Origin: the human T2T-CHM13v2.0 reference genome, Homo sapiens
DNA length: 64,000 bases
Direction: 5' to 3' (one strand)
Assembly: GCF_009914755.1 (NCBI RefSeq)
Contig: NC_060936.1
Below, piece by piece: positions 53,730-64,000 of this stretch; position 1 is the first letter of the stretch, and the number at the start of each line of letters is the position of its first letter. Below the pieces are notes generated by a model that did no database searches, was not told the origin of the DNA, and saw nothing but the letters and a program-made list of their open reading frames with translations. Position numbers and translations under genes: made by a program.

Positions 53730-54895
53730 AATTTAATTTTATTTAAGCATAATTTTCAACCAGTAAAATTAACTAAATTTTATAAAATTTGATAATCCTT
53801 GACCAATGTGTACAGTTAGGTGACCACCATCCTAATTGAAATATAGAACATTTTCATCACTCCAAAAAGTCCCCTCATGCCCCTTTTGCAGTCAACCCTC
53901 TTTCTCTATACCCTGACTCATGGTAGCCACTGTTCTGATTTCTCTGACTATATTTTGCCTTTTCCAGAATTAAAAAAAAAATGGTATCCTGCAGTGTATA
54001 TTTTTTAACATCTGGCTTTTTTCCACCCATATTATATATATTGGTAGTTTGTTCCTTTTTCTTATTGAGTAATATCCTATTGTATAAATACACTATAATT
54101 TGTTTATCTATTTTCCAGCTGATGAAACTGGTTTTCAGTTTCTGACCATTATAAATAAAGGAGCTACAAACATTTATATAAGTAGTTATGTGGTTATATG
54201 CTTTCAATTCTCTTCAGTAAAAACTTAGGTGTGTAATTCCTGGGTCATATATTAAGCATATGCTTATCTTTGTAAAAAAAACTGTCTCATTGTTTTTCAA
54301 ATTGGTTGTAGCATTTTTCTTTCCCCCCAGCTGTGTATAAGAGTTCCGGTTGCTCCATATTCTTACCAACACTTGGTATGGTCATTCTTTATTAATAATT
54401 TAGCCATTTCAACTGGTGTGTAGTAGTATGCCATTGTGTTTTAAATTTCTGCAATGAATAATGACATTGGGCATAATTTCATGTACATTTTTCCATTGGC
54501 ATGTTTTCCTTGGGGAAATATTTATTCTAATCTTTTGCACATTTAACGAAATTGAGCTGTTTGCCTTCTTATTATTAGGATTTAAGAACTCTGTATTCTA
54601 GATTTCGGTTCTTTATTGAATACATGATTTTTAAACATTTTCCCCCAGTCTGTGGTTTGACTTTTCATTTTCTCAACAATGTCTTTCAAAAAGAACAAAA
54701 GACTTTAATTTAGATGAAATCTAATTTATAAATTTTTCATTTATGATTTGTGATGTTTATATCCTAAGGAATCTTTGCTTAACTCAAGGTCACAAAAAAT
54801 TCTCTAATGTTTTCTTCTAGAATTTTTGTAGTTTTAGGTTTTATGTTTGTGTCTATGATCCACTTTGAGTTAACTTTTTAGTGTGGTTTTGAGTC
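53730..54895 (-). mobile_element. Old L1M(B/E-type) 3' fragment
   Basis: AGAACATTTTCATCACTCCAAAAAGTCCCCTCATGCCCC 3'UTR motif and degenerate ORF2 end. Confidence 0.75.
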
Positions 54896-55099
54896 AATTT
54901 TGAAACTTTACTCTTCTCATCACATCCCTTCCCTCTGCTGATTCTATCATCTGCTTCATTTACTTCTTGGATCAGTCTCTTTCTCTGATTATGCAACTTC
55001 CAGGTGACAGATACTTTATAAATATATCGCTGAAAGGTTGCTGTAGATGGTTTCTGCAAGTGATCAAATTATTCTCCCTTCAAAAAGTTCATTGTAACT

Positions 55100-58000
55100 G
55101 GGAGAGTGACTACAGCAAGATGGTGGAATGGGAATTTCCAATGCTCTTCCTCTCACAGAAACATCAATCTGAACAACCATTCACATATAAAAATACCTTC
55201 ACAAGAGCTAAGGAATTCAGGACAGTGGTTACAGCAGATGGGTGGAACACAGAAATAAGAAAAGATACATTGAAGAGGTAGAAAGGACAGTTTTACATTA
55301 CTCATGTAATTCCTCCCCCAACCCAAGCCCATACAGTGTGGACTGACATGCCCTCCATTCGGGGAAGGAGAGTAAAATAATATCCAGCTTTTCTACACAC
55401 TATCTTAATCTTACCAGGTCTGCCCCAGAGAACCCTAGTGCCAGGCTGAAACCTGTGGCCCCAGGCTCCAGGCCCACCCCAATTCCCAGCCAGTCCCCAC
55501 AACTCCAGGCTCTAGACAGCCCCCACAGACCCAGGTTCCAGGACATCTCCAACAACCCAGGTGCCAGGCTGGCCTCTGTGGATCCAGGCACCAGGCCCAC
55601 CTGCCCACTGACCCATGCACCAAGCCACAGTCCAAGGATTCCAGCAGCATGTGCCTATGGGTGGACCCTGCATTTGATTTGCTTGTATTTTGTAGATGGA
55701 ATCTCTGAATTGAATGATTGGTGAAGGGCTTTCCTTATTGAAGTCTGTCTGCAAAGACTAGAAGAGGTGCCTACTTCTTAAAATGCACAGACACCAATGC
55801 AAGCCCACAAGAATCTCAAATAAGCAGAGAAACATGATACTACAAAAATAATGGAATAAAGCACAAATACCCAACTCAAAAGAAATGAAGATCTATAAAC
55901 TGCCTGACAAGTAATTTAAAGTAATCATTTTAGAGAAGCTCAGTGAGCTGTAAGAGAACACAGACAAATGACTAAAGAGACTAAGGAAAACAACACATGA
56001 ACAAAATGAAAAATTCAAAGATATTGAAACCATAATCAAGACTCTAACAAAAATTCTGAAGAACACAGTGATCTAGAAGAAATGAATACATTCCTAGAAA
56101 CATACAACCTACAAAGACCTAATCATGAAGAAATAGAAAATCTGAACAAACCAATAATGAGTATGGAAATTGAATCTGTATCCAAAAACCTCCCAACAAA
56201 GAAAAACCCAGGACCTGATAGCTTCACTAATTAATTCTAATAAATATTTAAAGAAGGAATAATGCCAATGCTTCTCAAATTCTTCCAAAAAGTTGAAGAA
56301 GAGGAAGCACTTTCAAACTCATTTTATCAGGCCAGCATTACCCTGATACCAAAGCTAGAGGAGAACACTACAAGCTAAAAAATTTACAGGTCCATATTCC
56401 TGATGAACATTAGAACAAAAATCCTCAACAAAATACTAGCAAATCAAATGCAATAGCACATTGAAAGGATCATACACCATGATCATATGCAATTTATCCC
56501 TGAGATGCAAGGATAGTTCAACAAGTTGAAATCAATAAATGTAATGTACCACATTGCCAGGAGGAGGATAAAAAACATGATAATCTTAACAGATGCAGAA
56601 AAAGCATGATTTGACAAAACTCAACATGTTTTCATGATTAAAAAAAACTCTCAACAAATTAGGTATAGAAGAAATATACATTATTCCTTCTATATACTCA
56701 GCATTATGAAGGCCATATATGAAAAGCCCACTACTAACAGTATACTCAATGGTAAAAGCTGAAACCTGAAAGCTTTTCCTATAAGACCAGGGGCAAGACA
56801 AAGATGCTTACTCTTGCACTTCTATTTAGCATAGCACTGGAAGTCCTAGACTGAGCAATTAGGCAACATAGAGAAATAAAGGCATCCAAATTGGAAAGAA
56901 AGAAGTAAAATTGTCTCTGTCTGCAGATGACATGATCTTAAATATAGAAAACTCTAAAGACTCCATCTGAAAACTCTTAGAACTGATAAATGAATTCAGT
57001 TAAGTTGCAGGGTACAGAATCAACATACAAAAATTGTCTGTGGTTTTATTCACTAAAAACAAACTATTTGAAAAAGAAATTAAGAAAAATCTATTTACAA
57101 TAGCATCAAAAATAATAAAATACATAGGAATAAAATTTTTCCAAAGAGGTAAAAGATCTGTATACTGAAAACTATAAAATGCTGATGAAAGAAATTAAAG
57201 AAAGACACAAGTAAATGGAAAGATATTTTATGTTCATGGATTGGCAGAATTAATATATAAAATGTTCATACTACTCCAAATCATCTACAGATTGAATGCA
57301 ATCTTATCAAAATTCCAATGGCATTTTCCACAGAAATAGAAAAACAATTCTGAAATTCATACAGAACCACAAAAGACCCCAAATAGCCTAAGCGATTTTG
57401 AGCAAGAAGAACAAAACTGGAGGAGTGACACAGCCTGATCTCAAACGGTACTAAAAAGCTACAGTAACAAAACAGTATAATACTGACATAAAAGCAGATA
57501 TAAAGGCCAATGCAACAGAATAGAGACTCCAGAAATAAATCCACACACTTATTGTCAATTGATTGTTGACAAATTTACCAAGAATGCACAATGGGGAAAT
57601 GATAGTCTCTTCAACAAATGCAGTTGAAACACTGGATATTCACATGCAGAAGAATGAAATTAAACCCTTATCTCACACCACATACAAAAAATAACTCCAA
57701 ATGAATTAAAGACTTAAACATAAGATCTGAAGCTTTAAAACTACTAGAAGAAAACATAGGGGAAAATCTTTATTACATTGGTCTTGGCAATGCTTATTTG
57801 GTTATTACCCCAAAAGCACAGCTAACAAAAGCAAAAATAGACAAATGAAATTACATCCAAATAAAAACTTCTGCACAGAAAAGAAAACAATCAATAGAGT
57901 GAAGAATAGAATGGGAGAAAATAATTGCAAACCACATATCTGATAAGAGGTAAACATTCAAAACGTATAAGAAACTCAACTCAATAGGAAGAAAACAAGT

Positions 58001-58655
58001 AACTTTATAAAAAATAGGCAAATGAACTGGATATAGAATTCTCAAAAAAAGGCATACGAATGGCTAACAAGTGCAAGACAGTCTCAGCTTGCAATGGTTC
58101 AACTTTTGATTTTTCAACTTTATGATGGTACAAAAGCAATACACATTCAGTAGAGACTGTACTTAGAATTTTGAATTTTGATGTGAAATTCTTTATAATA
58201 ACTTTATTATAAAATAAGCTTTGTGTTAAATAATTTTGCCCAACTGAAGGCTAACGTCAGTGTTCTGATCACATTTAAGGTAGACGAAGCTAAGCTATGA
58301 TGTCTGGCAGATTACATGTATTAAAAGCATTTTCAAGTCACAATATTTTCAACTTACGACGAATTTATCGGAAGAGAATTCCATTATAAGTCGAGGAGGC
58401 CCTGTATATGATAAAAATTCTTCACATCACTAATCGTCAGGAAACTGCAAATCAAAACCATAATGAGATTTTATGTCATCTGTTAAAATGGCTATTCTCA
58501 AAAAGACAAAAGACAACAAGTATGGACTAGGATGTAGAGAAAAGGGAACCCTTGTACACTCTTGGTAAGATTTTATATTGATACAATTATTATGGAAAAC
58601 AATACAGAGGTTCCTTAAAAATTAAAAATAAAACTAACATAGAATTCAGCAACCT
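55100..58655 (+). mobile_element. L1MA-type element: 5'UTR, start of ORF1, internal deletion, ORF2 RT and C-terminal remnants
   Basis: 5' end CAAGATGGTGGAAT. Jump at ~56070 to [16 protein letters not shown] motif TCTGCAGATGACATGATC at ~56920. Confidence 0.88.
58075..58404 (-). mobile_element. MER47-like (Tigger5) DNA transposon inserted in the L1
   Basis: TGCCCAACTGAAGGCTAACG...GCTAAGCTATGATG...TTTTCAACTTACGA...AAGTCGAGGAG match recalled MER47A in antisense. Confidence 0.8.
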
Positions 58656-61600
58656 TAGGTGCTACTTGTGAAAGCTGAAGCTTTGAGAATTCCGTGCAGC
58701 CGTATCCCCTTGATCTTGTTCAGAATCTTTTGTCCCTCAGTGGAAGACTAAACTGAAAAAAGTGGGAATGCCCTTTATACAGGCATGGAAGTTTTGCAAT
58801 ATAGGCCAGGCATACCTTTCTTATCATAAGTAAAAAGAGAGAGAATGTCCTCCCTGAGTCAGTGAGAAGGAATCTACATCCTAGCACACAGCGTGGTGCC
58901 CTTACAAGATATTCAGTTTTATAATCTGCGTTCTGACATAAGGAGGAGTTCATGAATCCATAGTGGGTGTCCCATCTTTTGGGGAAAGTGGTACTAACTG
59001 TACTCCTGTCCCAACTTTGGTTGCTACAGCTCAGGCAGTTTCTCTTGGTGAGGTGAGAGCCATGATCACAGCCACAGTGAGCTGCAGTAAGAGAAGAAGC
59101 AATCACTTAGAAGATGGCAGGGAGCAGCTCGCTCACCTAGAGGGACTTCTCAACAGCTTACCCATGGAGGGGATTATGCCTAGTGTCAACAAAACAAACT
59201 GAGCAAACACTGGATTTGAGAAATGTGAAATGGGTGGTTTACTTAGTGCAAGATTGTTTTCTGAAGCAAACTGAGAACAGGTCTGTATTTCTTTTTAAGC
59301 CCACCATACCTCTCAGAACTGGGAGAACTGTGATGAAGTACTTGTTTCATGTACTTTGCAACAATTTTCTATCACTGGATTCTCAAACCTTAATGAATCT
59401 GCTTGGACCGACAAATAAAAATGTAAAGCAGGTAAGAAGATTTTGTTGAAACAAAATAAGAAAACCAGATTTAATCTGCAGAACCATAAATTTACATATA
59501 GCTTTCTAGGACACTATCATATCGAATGAAAATACGTGGAGCAACCTCAACAGATCTTATATTTTTTTAAGAAAGACACTCGAATGCAGGAATCATGTTC
59601 TCAGCTTCTCCTCTGACCATCACTCCCAAGCACTTTGAAAGTTCAATAAATATTACTAATCTCCCTTGAGGTATACTGATCATAAGCATAGATTGTTACC
59701 GAATCCAGAGAAAATGGAGATTGACTATTCCTAAACTTCAGTATTCATACATTGCTATTTTTCTGTCTCTCCATTGGAATTATTTACATTCAGGTAATTC
59801 TATCTGAAAATAATGGATGCTCCTAAAACATGATACTAATACAAATTCCCTTCCAAGGAAACTGAACTCCAGCCTGTGCAGCTGAGTGAAGAAGAAATTC
59901 TTGCCATTTGAATGATTAGGAACTAATATTCTTCACCTAACTGGACCTTAGCCAATATAATTATTTAGGGCAAGATTGTATCCCTTCTTTCACATTGGTT
60001 TTATTGTGAGCCAAGGGGAAAAAAACATTATTCTAAACTCTTCAGCACTTTCCCTTTTAAAATAGTGAGACCATGTCAGAGTGAAAATAGCATGAATTAA
60101 TAAAAGTTATACAGACAATAACACCAGATTTGTATAGACATATATAAAAATAATCACCACCCCAAAAAACAGTATCAATCAGAGAGGTTAACATTAATAT
60201 ATTTGAATGTTGAGATTTAGCAAACCATGGATCTATGGAATTAAAGCCATATAGCATCTCCAGAAGGTGTTTCATTTTATTGTTCCAAGTTAGGCTGCAA
60301 AAAGACAGAGGGATTAATTAAGTCCTATATTGGACAAGACTAGAACATGAATTAAAAGGCTCCTAACTGTAAATCCACGAGGAGCACTTACCAGCTGAAG
60401 GTCACGCTGCTGGTCACACAGCTTCGTTACTCACTTTAAACTGTAACCTAACTAGACGGTGGTGAGTCAGGTTTGTTTCCTTTCCCTTCTCCTCTGGCAT
60501 CCCTGGGGGGCTTCTCAATTCAAAGAAACTCCAGGAGAAACAGGCCACTTACTGTGAATAATCTGAAACAATCTATAAGTTCAAAAGCAGTTGAAATTCC
60601 TAGAAGAGATTGAATGTTATAAGAAGAAACGGGTTAGTATTTTAAAGACAAAACTGCCCTTGTTTAATATCAAGAGAGTATTAGCGGGACACAGGTTTTA
60701 CTGTAACTTTCATTATTTATTTAACTGTCTATATTCACTCTACACTTCAGGAAATGGAACCCATGCATTCACAGTCCAAGTAAATTTTAAAACAGTCTTT
60801 TTTCTTTCTTTTATGTCTTTCTTTTTTCTTTTTTTCGAAGGTAACAATAGCAGCGTCTGTACGTGGTAGTTTTCTACTTATGCCACAAATAGGCCAAATA
60901 CACAGTATGCTTTCTTAGAACACCTAGACAAATTCAGTCTATTTCTCCAGGAGGGCAAGATGATGTGTATTAAGACACATTTCTTTAATGCCAATGCAGG
61001 AAATTTGTAAGGTATCAGAAATAAGAAGAGTGTTATACATGATGGCTGTAGGGAAAGAAAAAGGAATTGTTTTTTGCACCAGACTATTATAACTTAAATA
61101 TTTTGTTTCAAATATATCATCTCTTAAAAAATTGTGATAACACCCTGCTGAGCCTCAAATCTACTTCCAGTTGTAGAGACAGACAATTGCATGTTTGGAA
61201 CTTCTTTCAAAAAACTTTGGCTTCCAGGAACACCATGAAAATTTTACCCCCACAGGAATTAACATCTTTGAAAACATATCATCATTGAAAGAGAGAAAGG
61301 AGAGAAAATGTCACATTCTATATTTATTTTAAAATTTGTATAATGAAAATACTGTTTCTCAAGACAACACATGGAACTCAAAAAAAGTTACATGCAAGTA
61401 GAAGCCAAATCAGAGAAATATGTCAAATTTAATTCATCTCAATTCTAATATATATTGAGCTCTTTACTTTGTAAAAAGCAATGTTAGTGGAAAGGCAAGT
61501 AAAATACAATAGCTTCTCTCAAAGAGTTTATAATCTCATTGAAGTATATAAATGCTAATAATAAATCAAAATGCTAATTTTACAGAAATGTAAAAAAGTA

Positions 61601-62109
61601 TTTAAGAATGTAAAGGAGAGATTTTTCCATCTAATTGGGTGTATCAGAAAAAGCTCTAAAGACTGAGCAGTAATTTACAGGATACATGGGATTTCAACAT
61701 GCAAAAATAACAAACGGGGCCTGGATCAGGGGAGAATGAGCAAGTGACCAATGGGAAAAATTCTGTTTAGAAACAGGGCGGAGTCAGTCTAGTTTGGTTG
61801 CCAGAGGATAGAGAGATTAAGCGTGGAGAAATAACTGTAAAGGTATTTGGGACCAAATCTGGCTTTGAACATCTTTTCACAGAGTTTGGCCTACCTCAGT
61901 GGGTCATCTAGAGCCTGTGTTTGAGGCAATCTCATGGAAAGCCATTATCTCCTGTGCATAGAATATTCCAGACTGGGTATGGAGGCATCCAGTTTGGGGG
62001 CTGTTAGAAGAGCCTTGGAGTAAGATAAAAAATGGCATGAAATAGGGTGATGATGATAAAATAGGTGGGTCTAAATGATCTTGTGTAGGTAACATTGGTA
62101 AAAGTTTGC

Positions 62110-62183
62110 AGCTAGTAGACATGGGAGGCAAGAATAAAGGAGAGGTTTAGCTAGTAGACATGGGAGGCAAGAATAAAGGAGAG
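62110..62183. repeat. Perfect 35-bp direct repeat, period 39
   Basis: AGCTAGTAGACATGGGAGGCAAGAATAAAGGAGAG at 62110-62144 and 62149-62183. Confidence 0.95.
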
Positions 62184-62607
62184 CCTGGGGAGAAGGGTAA
62201 AGCGAATCAGGTAAAACTTTCTCCATATAAAACATATGTTTTCTTTAGGAATCTTGTTTTCCATCTGAATATTCCATCAGAGGTTATTATATAGCAGCAT
62301 GAAGCAACCTGAATGCTGCACAACATGGGTTTTTTAATGAATCTTCTCGTGATTGGTAGTCTATTGATAGTATAGATTGACTTCATACATGAAGCTTTTA
62401 TCAAAATTATGGATTTGGCTTTGTAACTTTACCACAAGGTCATGGAAGGAAATTGTAATTTTTCCTTTTTACCTTCATGTCATTGTGAGCGTGATTATTT
62501 TAGGATATATGACAAAAATAGCTTATTTTAACAACTATTAACTTGAAACACTCCCAGATGCGCTCTGTCTTAAGATACAGTGTGAGATCTAAAATGCAAA
62601 TCTCATG

Positions 62608-64000
62608 TTTTTTTTTCTTTTCTTTTCTTTTTTATTATACTTTAAGTTCTAGGGTACACGTGCACAACGTCCAGGTTTGTTACATAGGTATGCATGTGTC
62701 ATGTTGGTTTGCAGCACCCATCAACTCGTCATTTACATTAGCTATTGCTCCTAATGCTATCCATCCCCCAGCCTCCCACTCCCCGACAGGCATGGGTGTG
62801 TGATGTTCCCCACCCTGTGTCCATGTGTTCTCATTGTTCGGTTCCCACCTATGAGTGAGAACATGCCGTGTTTGGTTTTCTGTCCTTGTGATAGTTCGCT
62901 GAGAATGATGGTTTCCAGCTTCATCCATGTCCCTGCAAAGGACATGAACTCATCCTTTTTTATGGCTGCATAGTATTCCAGGGTGTATATGTGCCACATT
63001 TTCTTAATCCAGTCTAACATTGATGGGCATTTGGGTTGGTTCCAAGTCTTTGCTATTGTGAATAGTGCTGCAGTAAACATACGTGTGCATGTGTCTTTAT
63101 AGTAGAATGATTTATAATCCTTTGGGTATATACCCAGTAATGAGATCGCTGCATCAAATGGTATTTCTAGTTTAGATCCTTGCGGAATCACCACACTGTC
63201 TTCCACAATGGTTAAACTAATTTATGCTCCCACCAACAGGGTGAAAGCATTCCTATTTCTCCACATCCTCTCCAGCATCTGTTGTTTCCTGACTTTTTAA
63301 TGATCGCCATTCTAACTGGCATGAGATGGTATCTCATTGTGGTTTTGATTTGCATTTCTCTGATGACCAGTGATGATGAGCATTTTTGCATGTGTCTGTT
63401 GGCTGAATAAATGTCTTCTTTTGCGAAGTGTCTGTTCATATCCTTTGCCCACTTTTTGATGGGGTTGTTTTTTTTCTTGTAAATTTATTTAAGTTCTTTG
63501 TAGATTCTGGATATTAGTCCTTTGTCAGATGGGTATACTGCAAAAATTTTCTCCCATTCTGTAGGTTACCTGTTCACGCTGATGATAGTTTCTTTTGCTG
63601 TGCAGAAGCTCTTTGGTTTAATTAGATCCCATTTGTCAATTTTGGCTTTTGTTGCCATTACTTTTGGTGTTTTAGACATGAATTCTTTGCCCAGGCCTAT
63701 GTCCTCAATGGTATTGCCTAGGTTTTTTTCTAGGGTTTTTATGGTTTTAAGTCTTATATTTAAGTCTTTAATCCATCTTGAGTTAATTTTTGTATAAGGG
63801 GTAAGGAAGGGATCCAGTTTCAGCTTTCTATATATGGCTAGTCAGTTTTCCCAGCACCACTTATTTATTGAATAGGGAATCCTTTCCCCATTTCTTGTTT
63901 TTGTCAGGTTTGTCAAAGATCAGATGGTTGTAGATGTGTGGCGTTATTTCTGAGGGCTCCGTTCTGTTCCATTGGTCTATATGTCTGTTTTGGTACCAGT
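62608..64000 (-). mobile_element. L1PA (L1PA6/7-like) 3' portion, running off the window end
   Basis: Antisense poly(A), 3'UTR and ORF2 C-terminus (ORFs 62757-63206 and 63212-63439). Confidence 0.95.

Noticed and set aside
60395-60475. AGGTCA half-site and AP-1 site TGAGTCA (60463-60469) as an enhancer
   Set aside because: Isolated 6-7-mers are expected by chance in 64 kb.

Overview
Primate (human-like) euchromatic DNA, almost entirely non-coding, with no intact protein-coding exon I can support. Main contents: (1) A CpG-island promoter at about 4.65-7.1 kb with candidate non-coding 5' exons of a gene read on the minus strand (donors at 5155/5154 and 6192/6191). Positions 1-5154 would then be intron. 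I could not name the gene. (2) About 57 kb of upstream sequence rich in Alu, L1, L2, MIR, CR1/L3, MaLR/ERVL LTRs and Tigger/hAT DNA transposons. (3) A near full-length processed pseudogene of KNOP1 (25918-27919, with poly(A) and a 14-bp TSD). It sits inside a Tigger2a, which sits inside an old L1M that also received an MLT1 and a young L1PA. Best leads: a 307-codon chimeric ORF that starts at a transposon-supplied ATG and runs into the KNOP1 retrocopy; an ~885-bp nested hairpin at 47.1-48.0 kb made of a templated inverted duplication plus an inverted Alu pair; an LTR40-flanked proviral relic with an env-TM-like remnant; and several fold-back templated insertions. I see no evidence of a novel multi-gene system. 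Repeat subfamily calls come from recalled consensus features, not from a database search.
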